From NCBI GenBank assembly GCA_049678885.1, contig JBAUEZ010000126.1, positions 1 to 57,565 on the forward strand: 57,565 nucleotides of DNA. The letters are read 5' to 3'. Source of the stretch: Candidatus Aquilonibacter sp. GTDB lineage: Bacteria; Vulcanimicrobiota; Vulcanimicrobiia; Vulcanimicrobiales; Vulcanimicrobiaceae. Below the pieces are notes generated by a model. It ran no database searches, was not told where the DNA came from, and worked only from the letters and a program-made list of their open reading frames with translations. Positions 9,001 through 18,093 of this stretch are shown piece by piece. Made by a program: the position numbers and the translations under genes. Each line of letters starts with the position of its first letter. Position 1 is the first letter of the stretch.

Positions 9001-10166
9001 CTCACCGGACTCGGCGATTCGAGCCACGAGCGGTAATATTGCTCGTCCTCCACCTCAAGCGCCGATGGTGCAAGCCGTAGCGGTTTGAACGTGTCGACCA
9101 TTACCGCGATCTCGTCGGTCGACTTCGCGCCAAGGCTCGCCTCGACGGCGCCGGGTTGCGGTCCATGCGGCGCGCCCGCAGCGTGCAACGTGACGGAGCC
9201 CTCTTCGACGCCGCGGCGGCTCATGAAGTTGCCGCTGACGTAGAAGATGACTTCGTCGCAATCGACGCTCGAATGATTGTAAGGCACGGGAATAGCCAGC
9301 GGGTGGTAGTCGAAGAGCCGCGGCACGAACGCGCAGAACGCCGCACCCGGCGCTTCGAAAGTCGCGTGTGCCGGCGGCGGCTGATGCAGCTTACCGGTAA
9401 TCGGCGCGAACTCTTCGAGATTGAATGCATAAGGATAGCAGTAGCCGTCCCAGCCGACGACGTCGCACGGGTGGTTCTGCACGATGTAGATCGCGGAGCG
9501 ACCCGCGTTGCTGACGCGGATCTCATACTCGCCGCGCGCATTGATCGGCGCTTTGAGCACGGGCGCGCGGAAGTCGCGCTCGTAGTACGGCGCATGTTCC
9601 TCGAGCTGCCCGAACTCGTTGCGGTAGCGGCGGGGAATCGTCACCATCCCGCGCGACTCGTGCACCAGCATCCGCGTCGGTGAAGCCGGTAATACGCGAT
9701 ATGTCGTGCCGGTTGGAAGGATCACGTAGTCGTGCGCGCGGTATGCGAGCTCGCCGAAAGGCGTTTCGATGACACCCGCGCCATCATGGATGAAAAGCAA
9801 CTCGTCGCCGCCGGTATTCCGGTACCAATACTCCATCGCGCGATCCGCCTGCGCAATCGAAACCGCGAGGTCTTCGTTGCCTAGGAGCGTGCGACGGGAA
9901 TCGATCGCGTCACCACCGGTGTGGATGCGCGCGGTTTTGAAGTGCCGATTGCGAAGCGGTTCGTTCGGCACGAATACTGCTGCCGGACGGTCCCATGCTC
10001 GCACTTCGAGCGTAGCCGTCGGTGGACGCTCATGATAGAGCAAGGAGTAGATGCTCTCGAAGCCTTTGGTCGAGAAGAGCTCTTCGGCGTAGAGCCCGCC
10101 ATCGGGCCGGCGAAATTGAATGTGTCGCTTGTGCGGCAGTGAACCGGCGCGAACGTACGAGGGCAT
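8997..10166 (-). CDS. hmgA: Homogentisate 1,2-dioxygenase (short bacterial type)
   Basis: 389 aa. Motifs LPHKRHIQFR, YAEELFSTKGF, LYH, cupin core with HESRG, YPYAFNL, HPLAIPVPYNHSSVDCDEVIFYV. Its stop overlaps the fahA stop (shared TTAG at 8997-9000). Confidence 0.85.
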   Translation of the reverse strand: MPSYVRAGSLPHKRHIQFRRPDGGLYAEELFSTKGFESIYSLLYHERPPTATLEVRAWDRPAAVFVPNEPLRNRHFKTARIHTGGDAIDSRRTLLGNEDLAVSIAQADRAMEYWYRNTGGDELLFIHDGAGVIETPFGELAYRAHDYVILPTGTTYRVLPASPTRMLVHESRGMVTIPRRYRNEFGQLEEHAPYYERDFRAPVLKAPINARGEYEIRVSNAGRSAIYIVQNHPCDVVGWDGYCYPYAFNLEEFAPITGKLHQPPPAHATFEAPGAAFCAFVPRLFDYHPLAIPVPYNHSSVDCDEVIFYVSGNFMSRRGVEEGSVTLHAAGAPHGPQPGAVEASLGAKSTDEIAVMVDTFKPLRLAPSALEVEDEQYYRSWLESPSPVS

Positions 10167-10169
10167 CAG

Positions 10170-10391
10170 CTACTCCTGTGGGGTGGCGCGCTGCGTTGCG
10201 CTGAAGTCGTTCGAGCGGTGACTCCCGTCGCAGAACGGCTTCGTGGCAGAGCCGCCGCAGCGGCAAAGCACGATATTTTCGGTGACCGTGTACGGATTGC
10301 CGTCCGCATCGATCAGCTGGACGCGTCCCGTCACGAGATACGGACCACTCTCACGAACCTTGATAACTACGTCTTCCATCGTTTGGTTCAA
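10170..10391 (-). CDS. CDGSH-type iron-sulfur domain protein (mitoNEET/Miner family)
   Basis: 73 aa containing the exact signature C-x-C-x2-S-x3-P-x-CDGSH (CRCGGSATKPFCDGSH). Its stop lies 3 nt upstream of the hmgA start on the same strand. Confidence 0.85.
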   Translation of the reverse strand: MNQTMEDVVIKVRESGPYLVTGRVQLIDADGNPYTVTENIVLCRCGGSATKPFCDGSHRSNDFSATQRATPQE

Positions 10392-10453
10392 GGCCTTCGG
10401 CGGGCGTTCGGCGCACTCCGTTGCAAGGTGCTGCTCGTTCGGGAGGGCTGAGC

Positions 10454-11569
10454 ATGAGAATGATCCCGCTCTTTATTGGTATTGCTGTGCTGGCTGCGTT
10501 CGGCCTACTGCTTGCGCCGGGTTCGCCCGGTACGGTTGCAGTTGCGGCAACGCCCACGCCGACGCCGGTAGCGCTGCAATACGACGAGATTTCACGTGTG
10601 ATCATGGCGCCGGGGACTCCACCCGCGCCCGGCGCATTCGCCGCCGACTACCAACTTGCGATGAGCGCACCGCCGCCGCAGGCGACACCGTCGAACATCC
10701 AAACGCCGGCACCGCGTCCACACGGTATCGTTGGGTCGCTCAGCGGAGTGATCCCGGGCATGCCCGGCGGCAGCAACACTGAGGAAGGGGCGCCGGGCGA
10801 TGCCAGCGGCGCAGGGGGGCCGGGCATGCACGGCATGCCGGCGGGCACGATGACGATGATGAACATCATGCGCACCGGCCATCTCGTGCGCTACACGTTC
10901 TACTACACCAAGGGTTGGATACGCCAAGACGATCCGGTTGCGCAAACCGCGACGATCTCCAAGTGTAACGAGCACGTCTTCATCACGCTCGATCTTGCGA
11001 AGAAGACCTACACACAGACAAGCACGCAAGGCTCGAGCGATTGCTTCCAGATGCCGACGATGGGCGGCCCGGCTGGTCGCGGCGGTAGCGCGTCGCGCAA
11101 CACGGCGCCGGGCACCGAGGATTTGACGATAGACGCGACCTTGCAGAACCTCGGCCCCAAGACAATCGACGGCATCCCGACCAACGGTGCGAGTTCGGAC
11201 CTCACAATGGCATCGACCAATGCAACGGGATCGTGTCAGAATTCGCAGTTTAGCGTGTCGCAGGTAAGCTACATCTCGAACATCACCAAGCCGCGGGCGT
11301 TCTGTCCGCTTGCGGCCGCACCCGGCGTTGCAACCGACCCGACGCAAATTGCAGCGCAAGGCGGATGCAAACCGACGTTGCACGGTACCGGGTCGATGAA
11401 CTTCAACAGCACGAAGCTCGAAATGTACTTGCTGATGAGTACGACGCCGCAACAATCGCGAGGTCGCTCAATTGGGATGTTGACCGAGCGCGGTCACGTG
11501 ACGTGGCTCTTGAAAGCGCAAGCCGATCCGCTCTTCGAAGTCCCGGCGGGATTCGCGCCCGCGCAGTAA
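10454..11569 (+). CDS. Secreted hypothetical protein with a Pro-rich and Met/His/Gly-rich linker
   Basis: I prefer the ATG at 10454, preceded by GGGAGGG: MRMIPLFIGIAVLAAFGLLLAP looks like a signal peptide. A low-complexity stretch (PGMPGG...GPGMHGMPAGTMTMMNIM) is followed by a beta-rich domain with paired Cys. No family recognised. Confidence 0.6.
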   Translation: MRMIPLFIGIAVLAAFGLLLAPGSPGTVAVAATPTPTPVALQYDEISRVIMAPGTPPAPGAFAADYQLAMSAPPPQATPSNIQTPAPRPHGIVGSLSGVIPGMPGGSNTEEGAPGDASGAGGPGMHGMPAGTMTMMNIMRTGHLVRYTFYYTKGWIRQDDPVAQTATISKCNEHVFITLDLAKKTYTQTSTQGSSDCFQMPTMGGPAGRGGSASRNTAPGTEDLTIDATLQNLGPKTIDGIPTNGASSDLTMASTNATGSCQNSQFSVSQVSYISNITKPRAFCPLAAAPGVATDPTQIAAQGGCKPTLHGTGSMNFNSTKLEMYLLMSTTPQQSRGRSIGMLTERGHVTWLLKAQADPLFEVPAGFAPAQ

Positions 11570-12046
11570 CTAGCGTTCGAGCGTTGCAGTGACCGTTGCT
11601 ATAGCAAGGATGTGCCCGTGCATGCGGTCGAGCAAATCGCCGGCGCTCAAAGGCTGCGCGGCATTCAGGTTATCGATGTCGAGCGCATAGAGCGTCAAGA
11701 CGTAGTGGTGCAGCTTCCCCGGCGGTGGACACGGGCCGAAATAACCGAGCGTGGTCGAGGAGTCATTGCGTCCGGTTTGATTTGCTGCAAGCTGCGCATC
11801 GCGCACGATCCCATGCGTATCGCGTGGAAGATTGTAGAGCACCCAGTGATAAAATCCGCCGGCGTGCGGGGCGTCGGGATCGTGGAGAATGAGCGCGAAG
11901 CTGCGCGTTCCCGATGGCTCGCCCTTCCACTGTAGCGCGGGCGAGTGGTTTTCGCCGTCGCATGGAATCGCCACCATCGATTTCGGAACCGTCGTGCCGG
12001 CTGCAAACGTTGTGCTAGTCAACACGAGGGCGAGCAGCAGGTCCAC
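11570..12046 (-). CDS. YbhB/YbcL-family phosphatidylethanolamine-binding (Raf kinase inhibitor-like) protein, secreted
   Basis: Motifs DPDAP, FYHW and GYFGPCPP.G..HHY.FTLYALD. The track start (12121) would run into the SRP RNA. The GTG at 12046 is preceded by a perfect AAGGAGG and gives a signal-peptide N-terminus (VDLLLALVLTSTTFAAG). Confidence 0.85.
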   Translation of the reverse strand: MDLLLALVLTSTTFAAGTTVPKSMVAIPCDGENHSPALQWKGEPSGTRSFALILHDPDAPHAGGFYHWVLYNLPRDTHGIVRDAQLAANQTGRNDSSTTLGYFGPCPPPGKLHHYVLTLYALDIDNLNAAQPLSAGDLLDRMHGHILAIATVTATLER

Positions 12047-12097
12047 CTTGTGACCTCCTTGGCAACCCCGACGAGGGGCTTGTGGTATTATGGCGTG

Positions 12098-12213
<116 letters not shown>

Positions 12214-12227
12214 GGTTCCTTATTGCT

Positions 12228-12719
12228 ATGCCAATTGAGACAATTTACGCTGCGCTCGCAGCTTTCATCGCGGCTCTGGTCGCGCTCATCATCTACCACC
12301 TAGCGGTCGTAGCTCCGGCGCTGCGCGGGCTGCAGCAACTCGTCGCCACGCACGATGGCCTGATCGGCGGCGGCGCGGGGGCTTCGGGACGCTTGGCCGC
12401 GATTGAGTCTGCTCTGTCTACCCAGCAAGACGGGCTCAAGAGGGTCGCCCAGCAGGTAAGCGAACTCGAAGCGCTGGCTCGTACCGATATCTCCCGGGTG
12501 GGATTCGTTCGTTACGACGCCTTCGAGGATACCGGCTCGGAACTGTCCTATGCGCTGGCGCTGCTCAATCGTGAGGGCGACGGCTTCGTGATCTCGAGTA
12601 TCTATTCGCGCACCGATACACGGACGTACGGCAAAGCTGTTACCGGCTATAAACCGGCAGTCAACGCCTCGGACGAAGAGCTCCAGGCGATCGAACGGGC
12701 GCGATCGTCGCAGGCATGA
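12228..12719 (+). CDS. DUF4446-family membrane protein
   Basis: 163 aa: N-terminal TM helix, a coiled-coil segment, and a C-terminal VRYDAFEDTGSELSYALALLNREGDGFVISSIYSR..TRTYGKAV block characteristic of DUF4446. Confidence 0.75.
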   Translation: MPIETIYAALAAFIAALVALIIYHLAVVAPALRGLQQLVATHDGLIGGGAGASGRLAAIESALSTQQDGLKRVAQQVSELEALARTDISRVGFVRYDAFEDTGSELSYALALLNREGDGFVISSIYSRTDTRTYGKAVTGYKPAVNASDEELQAIERARSSQA

Positions 12720-13630
12720 TAAACGACAGATATTACGTTAAAATCGTCCCTGAAAAGGGCGAGACAGTCCACCGTTTCCAAGTACGGCGTCGCCACATGG
12801 CCGCTGCACTGGGCGTGCTTGCGCTCATCATCCTGGGTTCGATTGGTTTTGCCTTTGCCGAAGTGATTCGCGCGCGCATCGAGGTCTCGCGTCTCGCCGC
12901 GCAAGCCGCCGCGCAGCAAGCGTCGCTGCGCCAGATCGACAGCCAGACGGAAAAGCTGCGCAAGCAAATGCAGCACGTCCAGAGGCAGAATACCGAGATT
13001 CGCCAGTTGATTGGCGCACCGCCATCCAGCCCACCGGTTCGGCAGAAGACGTCGTGGGCGCGGGGACAATCACTGCCTGCCGTTGCCGCGCGCGTGCGCG
13101 CGCTGAGTGACGAAAGCTCGGCGCTCATCCATGAATCCGACACGATGCGGCAACTCGCAATGCACGTGCTCAACGTGCGCCACCTGCGCGACCTCGCGCG
13201 CGCGCAGATGATCGCAGCCATCCCGTCGATCGATCCGGTCGATGGTGCGCCGATCATCGGGTGCTACTGCTACCGCACCTATCCCGACGTCGAGTTCCAT
13301 CCGGGTGTCGATCTCGAAGCCGACTATGGCGACACGGTCCGCGCTTCGGCGGCCGGCGTCATAGTTGCCAACACATACGACGGCGGCTACGGCATCAAAA
13401 TCGATATCGATCACGGCAACGGCTACCACACGTGGTACGCGCATCTTTCGCGTGTGCTGGTTGCCGTTGGGGCCCACGTCTACAAAGGCGAGCCGATCGG
13501 TCTCGTCGGCGCGACGGGCTTTGCAACCGGGCCGCACCTGCACTATCAGATCATGTACGATGGCTCGCCGGTCAATCCGACGCCGTTCCTCGACGGCGTG
13601 CCGGCAAATGTCTTAGCCGCGCTTCCGTAG
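12716..13630 (+). CDS. M23-family metallopeptidase with N-terminal TM and coiled coil (EnvC/LytM-like)
   Basis: 304 aa. HPGVDLEA, GYGIKIDIDHGNGYHTWYAHLS and GATGFATGPHLHYQI are the M23 zinc-site motifs. ATGA overlap with the upstream gene. Confidence 0.9.
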   Translation: MINDRYYVKIVPEKGETVHRFQVRRRHMAAALGVLALIILGSIGFAFAEVIRARIEVSRLAAQAAAQQASLRQIDSQTEKLRKQMQHVQRQNTEIRQLIGAPPSSPPVRQKTSWARGQSLPAVAARVRALSDESSALIHESDTMRQLAMHVLNVRHLRDLARAQMIAAIPSIDPVDGAPIIGCYCYRTYPDVEFHPGVDLEADYGDTVRASAAGVIVANTYDGGYGIKIDIDHGNGYHTWYAHLSRVLVAVGAHVYKGEPIGLVGATGFATGPHLHYQIMYDGSPVNPTPFLDGVPANVLAALP

Positions 13631-13653
13631 AACCAACACACACCGTGAATTTC

Positions 13654-13923
13654 ATGTGCCAACTCGATCAGGTGATCGTTCGCGTCTTTCAGGCGTACTC
13701 GGTCATCCTATTCATCTATGCGCTGCTCTCATGGATTCCCGATTTGCGCGGGCCATGGATGCGCTATCTTGCCATGCTCGTCGAGCCGGTGCTCGCGCCG
13801 GTGCGCCGGATCATCCCGCCGGTCGGTGGCTTGGACCTGGCCTTCCTCGTGGTCATCGTTCTGATCAACTTCGTGATCATTCCTATTCTGAACCGGGCCG
13901 TCTTCAGCGCGTGTTTCTACTAG
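13654..13923 (+). CDS. yggT: YggT-family membrane protein
   Basis: This is the 3' part of track ORF 13261..13923. ATG at 13654 (or GTG at 13645) gives 89 aa: ...YALLSWIPDLRG...LVEPVLAPVRRIIPPVGGLDLAFLVV..., a typical YggT. Confidence 0.85.
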   Translation: MCQLDQVIVRVFQAYSVILFIYALLSWIPDLRGPWMRYLAMLVEPVLAPVRRIIPPVGGLDLAFLVVIVLINFVIIPILNRAVFSACFY

Positions 13924-13941
13924 TGGCTATCTAGTGGTTAC

Positions 13942-15771
13942 GTGAGCATCAAGGCAGGAAACCCGCACCGAACCGAAATTGCGGCGAACGTCCGCAATTT
14001 TTGCATTATTGCGCACATCGATCACGGCAAGACGACGCTCTCCGATCGCCTCATGGAGCTCACGCGAACGGTCGCGATGCGCAATATGGAAGAGCAAGCG
14101 CTCGACGCGATGGATCTCGAGCGCGAGCGCGGCATCACGATACGCATGCACCCGGTTACGCTCGATTATAAGGCGCGCGACGGCCAGACCTATCAACTCA
14201 ATCTCATCGATACGCCTGGACACGTCGACTTTTCGTATGAAGTCTCGCGGTCGCTCGCCGCGTGCGAAGGTGCGCTCTTGATCATCGATGCTGCTCAGGG
14301 TATCGAGGCGCAGACGCTCGCGAACTATCATCTCGCGGTCGAACACGATCTGACGATCATTCCGGTAATCAATAAAATCGATTTGCCGGCCGCGGATCCC
14401 GAGCGCGTTATGGGTGAAATCGAAGAGCTGCTGATCATCGAGCGCAGTGAGGCCATTTTAGCCAGCGCCAAGAACGGCGTCGGCATCGAGGAGATCCTCG
14501 AAGCGATCGTGAGCCGCATTCCGCCGCCGAAGGGACACCGCGACTATCTGCGCGGCCTCGTCTTTAATGCGCAGTTCGATCCGTACCGCGGCGTCGTCTC
14601 GTACGTGCGCGTGGTCGACGGCGAGCTCAAAGCAGGAAGCCGCTTCATGTCGATGGCGCACGAGAAAGTGTACGAGTGCACCGAGGTCGGTGTGTTTACG
14701 CCGCAGATGCGTCCGACAGAAAGCCTCGGGGTGGGCAGCGTGGGCTACGTCATCGCAAATATCAAGTCGCTTGGTGACATCGACGTCGGCGACACGCTGA
14801 CCGAGGCGGGCAAACCGGCTCACGTACCGCTCGCGGGCTATCGCAAAGCGGTGCCGATGGTCTACTGCGGACTCTACCCGAACGAGGGCGCCGAGTACGG
14901 CGATCTGCGCGACGCGCTCGAAAAGATGAAGCTCAACGATGCCGCGCTGTCATACGAGCCCGAGACGTCTGTGGCACTTGGCTTCGGCTTCCGCTGCGGG
15001 TTCTTGGGCCTGCTGCATATGGAGATCGTGCAAGAGCGGCTCGAACGCGATTTCAGTATCGATCTCATCGCGACGTCACCGTCGGTCGTCTTTCGCGTAA
15101 CCCGCACCGACGGCACGGTCGAGATGATCGACAATCCGTCGAAGCTGCCGGTCAGCAACGTGATCGACACGATCGAGGAGCCGTTCGTCAAAGCGACGAT
15201 CATTACGCCGCCGGATTACGTCGGCTCGATCATGGACATCACGATTTCGCGGCGCGGCTCCCTCCTCAACATGGAGTACTTACACGACGGACGAGTGATC
15301 CTGACGTTCGAGATGCCGTTGATCGAGGTGATCGTGGACTACTTCGATCAGCTCAAATCGCGGACCAAGGGCTACGCCTCGCTCGACTATGAAGTGATCG
15401 GCTATCGCGAAGGCGAGTTGGTCAAGCTCGAGATCTTGCTCAATGGCGAGTCGGTTGACGCTCTTTCGTTCATCGTCGCGCGGGAGAAGGCGCCGGCGCG
15501 CGGTCGCGCGCTAGCAGAAAAATTGAAAGAGCTGATTCCGCGCCAGATGTTCGATGTGCCCATTCAAGCAGCGATCGGCGGCAAGATCGTCGCCCGCGAG
15601 ACGGTCAGCGCTGTGCGCAAGAACGTTTTGGCGAAGTGCTACGGCGGCGACATCACGCGGAAGCGCAAACTGCTGGAGAAGCAGAAGGCCGGCAAGGAAC
15701 GCATGAAGCGCGTTGGCCGGGTCGAGCTGCCGCAAGAAGCCTTCATGGCCGTACTGAAGCTCGAGGATTAG
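13942..15771 (+). CDS. lepA: Translation elongation factor 4
   Basis: 609 aa. G-domain motifs [19 protein letters not shown], plus the LepA-specific C-terminus (...[36 protein letters not shown]). Confidence 0.97.
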   Translation: MSIKAGNPHRTEIAANVRNFCIIAHIDHGKTTLSDRLMELTRTVAMRNMEEQALDAMDLERERGITIRMHPVTLDYKARDGQTYQLNLIDTPGHVDFSYEVSRSLAACEGALLIIDAAQGIEAQTLANYHLAVEHDLTIIPVINKIDLPAADPERVMGEIEELLIIERSEAILASAKNGVGIEEILEAIVSRIPPPKGHRDYLRGLVFNAQFDPYRGVVSYVRVVDGELKAGSRFMSMAHEKVYECTEVGVFTPQMRPTESLGVGSVGYVIANIKSLGDIDVGDTLTEAGKPAHVPLAGYRKAVPMVYCGLYPNEGAEYGDLRDALEKMKLNDAALSYEPETSVALGFGFRCGFLGLLHMEIVQERLERDFSIDLIATSPSVVFRVTRTDGTVEMIDNPSKLPVSNVIDTIEEPFVKATIITPPDYVGSIMDITISRRGSLLNMEYLHDGRVILTFEMPLIEVIVDYFDQLKSRTKGYASLDYEVIGYREGELVKLEILLNGESVDALSFIVAREKAPARGRALAEKLKELIPRQMFDVPIQAAIGGKIVARETVSAVRKNVLAKCYGGDITRKRKLLEKQKAGKERMKRVGRVELPQEAFMAVLKLED

Positions 15772-16364
15772 TGGTCACGTATCTCGCGAGCAAGAACGAG
15801 GGAAAGCTCGCGGAGATTCGCACGATGCTCGGCGACTCGCCGCTCGAGTTGCGCACGTACCCGGCGTATCGCGATCCGGAGGAAGGCCACGAGAGTTACG
15901 TGAGCAACGCGCTGCTCAAGGCCCGCGCGCTGCGATCGCAATTGCTGGAGGCCGGTATCCGCGACGTCGCAGTCCTTGCAGACGATTCGGGCATCGAGCT
16001 CGACGCGTTAGGCGGGAGGCCGGGTGTCGATTCGGCGATTTACGCGGGCGCGAATGCTGCGTGGCACGAGCGTCTAGCGACGATGATGCGCGAAGTTGCG
16101 GCACACGGGAACGGCGGGCGTGGCGCGCGGTTCGTGTGCGTGATGGCCTTGATACGTCCCGACGGTGAAGAGCTTGTGGTCGAGGGCGACGTGCGCGGAG
16201 AGATCGCGCACACCCTGCGCGGCGAGAACGGCTTCGGCTACGATCCACTGTTCTACTATCCGCCGATCGGCAAAACGTTCGGCGAGATTCCGGAACGGGA
16301 GAAGAACCACTTGAGTCATCGCGGCCGCGCGGCGCGTGCCTTGCTCGAAGCGCTGCAGCCGTGA
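15771..16364 (+). CDS. rdgB: Non-canonical purine NTP pyrophosphatase (RdgB/HAM1 family)
   Basis: In-frame GTG at 15771 overlaps the lepA stop. Motifs SKNEGKLAEI, ADDSGIELDALGG.PG..SA, FGYDPLF, EKN..SHRG.A. The upstream part of track ORF 15636.. lies inside lepA. Confidence 0.85.
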   Translation: MVTYLASKNEGKLAEIRTMLGDSPLELRTYPAYRDPEEGHESYVSNALLKARALRSQLLEAGIRDVAVLADDSGIELDALGGRPGVDSAIYAGANAAWHERLATMMREVAAHGNGGRGARFVCVMALIRPDGEELVVEGDVRGEIAHTLRGENGFGYDPLFYYPPIGKTFGEIPEREKNHLSHRGRAARALLEALQP

Positions 16365-17218
16365 ACGAGCCGCAGATCGCCGCCGCGAAAGAAGCGGACG
16401 TACGTGAGATGGCGGCGCGGCGCTGGCCCGACGAGAGCAGCCGGAAACTCTATCTGCACTTGGCCGAAGGTGCGCCACGCGGCGCGCACGTTGCACGCGA
16501 TGCGGGCACACCGGTCGGTATCGCCTTTACGCACCAACTCGAAAGCGAATGGTTCGTCAGCGAACTCTACGTGGAGCCGTCGTTCCGCGGTGCGGGGTTG
16601 GGGTGGAAGTTATTACGCGCGGCCACGGCCGATTCGGGTGACGTCTCGCTAGCGGGTGTGATCGAAGCGAACGATTTGGGATCGCTCGCGTTCTTTCTAC
16701 GCCGCGGCATGGGATTACAGGTGCCGTTGTTGCGTATCGCCGGCGAGATCCCTAAAGAAGACGAGCTGTTGCCGATGGCGGCCGGCGATTATCGCTTTTC
16801 AACGCTGCCGATCGATCCGCGCGGGCATGTAACGATCCTCGCTGCCCTCGATCGCGAGGCGCGCGGCACCGGACGTCCGCATGACCACGTTCGTTTCGCA
16901 GAAACCGCGACCGGGACGCTGTTGCTGATCAACGATGAATGCGTCGGCTATGTCTACGTGTGGCCGGACGGGCGCATCGGTCCGATGGTTTCGGCCTCGT
17001 CCGCATATCTCACGCAGTTCTTCGGGTTCGCGCTGGTTTCGCTGCGGCGCACGTATGGCGCATCGTGGTGCACGGCATTGGTGCCGGGAAGCAACGTGCG
17101 CGTGATGCGCGCCGCCGTGCGCATCGGTCTCGTGCTCGATCAAGTACGCATCTTCGCAACGGATTTGGCGCAGATCGATTTGTCGCGCTACATCGGCTAT
17201 CATGCACTCGATTTCTAA
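16361..17218 (+). CDS. GNAT-family N-acetyltransferase (two-domain)
   Basis: 285 aa. The acetyl-CoA motif A-like VEPSFRGAGLGWKLL is followed by a second GNAT-like half. Start overlaps the rdgB stop. Confidence 0.7.
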   Translation: MNEPQIAAAKEADVREMAARRWPDESSRKLYLHLAEGAPRGAHVARDAGTPVGIAFTHQLESEWFVSELYVEPSFRGAGLGWKLLRAATADSGDVSLAGVIEANDLGSLAFFLRRGMGLQVPLLRIAGEIPKEDELLPMAAGDYRFSTLPIDPRGHVTILAALDREARGTGRPHDHVRFAETATGTLLLINDECVGYVYVWPDGRIGPMVSASSAYLTQFFGFALVSLRRTYGASWCTALVPGSNVRVMRAAVRIGLVLDQVRIFATDLAQIDLSRYIGYHALDF

Positions 17219-17259
17219 AACGCCATACAGGTGGCACAAATTCATGCGACGCTAGTCGC

Positions 17260-17703
17260 ATGATGAAACGTTGCGCAATATGTATGGAGTTGTTACCCAT
17301 CTCGTCGTTTAACAAGAGCTCATTCAAGCGCCGCGGCAGCAGCTATTGCCGAGAATGTCAGCGAATCTATTGCCGCGCCCACTATATTCGTAACGCTTCG
17401 CAGCACAAGTCTCGGCGCATGCTCAACACGAAGCGATATCGCCAGCGAAACCGCGGACTGATGATCTTATACCTAAAAGAGCACCCTTGTGTGGACTGCG
17501 GCGAGGACGACATACTCGTCCTAGATTTCGACCATGCACCGGGCACAAAGACAGCAGATGTCAGTGTACTCGTCAGCCGCGGAGCGAGTTGGCAGAGGAT
17601 AGAAAGAGAAATGGCAAAATGTGTGGTTCGTTGCGCCAATTGCCACCGCAGAAAGACAGCGGTTGACTTCGGATGGTATAAAGGCAGAGACGTCGGGGCG
17701 TAG
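17260..17703 (+). CDS. HNH-type endonuclease / zinc-finger protein
   Basis: ATG at 17260, in frame within track ORF 16939... The N-terminus has CxxC...CxxC (CAICM...CRECQ). The C-terminus CVDCG..DILVLDFDH...KCVVRCANCHRRKT is the HNH beta-beta-alpha-Me signature. Visibly lower GC than its neighbours. The last 10 nt overlap tRNA-Pro. Confidence 0.65.
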   Translation: MMKRCAICMELLPISSFNKSSFKRRGSSYCRECQRIYCRAHYIRNASQHKSRRMLNTKRYRQRNRGLMILYLKEHPCVDCGEDDILVLDFDHAPGTKTADVSVLVSRGASWQRIEREMAKCVVRCANCHRRKTAVDFGWYKGRDVGA

Positions 17704-17769
17704 CTCAGCTTGGTAGAGCGCTCGCTTTGGGAGCGAGAGGTTCCGCAGGTTCAAATCCTGTCGCCCCGA
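17694..17769 (+). tRNA. tRNA-Pro (anticodon UGG)
   Basis: Acceptor stem CGGGGCG/CGCCCCG, D arm GCTC-AGCTTGGTA-GAGC, anticodon arm CTCGC-TTTGGGA-GCGAG, T arm GCAGG-TTCAAAT-CCTGT, with CCA encoded after the discriminator. My hand fold gives an unusually long (7-nt) variable region. Confidence 0.85.
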
Positions 17770-17820
17770 CCAGTTGCGGGGGCGTGGTATCCTAGCGCAG
17801 GGTACCCGCCCCTCGTTTAT

Positions 17821-17894
<74 letters not shown>

Positions 17895-17918
17895 AAGCAT
17901 CGGCCCCGGCAAAATCGC

Positions 17919-17993
17919 GGTGATTGTAGCTCAGTTGGTTAGAGCGCCGGCCTGTGAAGCCGGAGGCCGGGGGTTCGAGCCCCCTCAGTCACC
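17919..17993 (+). tRNA. tRNA-His (anticodon GUG), with encoded G-1
   Basis: An extra 5' G precedes acceptor GTGATTG/CAGTCAC. Anticodon arm CCGGC-CTGTGAA-GCCGG, T loop TTCGAGC, and CCA follows. Track ORF 17920.. starts inside this tRNA. Confidence 0.9.
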
Positions 17994-18093
17994 CCAAAAA
18001 ATTAAAGAGCCCGTCCTCGTTAAATGGGGCGGGCTCTTGCCTGTCCAAGGTACGGTGGGAGTAGGCCCCTCCTTCACGAAGCTACATCGTCCA

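Noticed and set aside
17775-17815. GC-rich imperfect hairpin (GGGGCGTGGTATCC...GGTACCCGCCCC) in the tRNA-Pro/tRNA-Arg spacer, considered as a small RNA or a degenerate tRNA.
   Set aside because: It is too short and has no cloverleaf elements. It is most simply a precursor-processing spacer structure.
17920-18093. N-terminal 58 codons of track ORF 17920..20886 (MIVAQLVRAPACEAGGRGFEPPQ...).
   Set aside because: This stretch is simply tRNA-His and the downstream hairpin read as protein. The real start is most likely the ATG at 18094.
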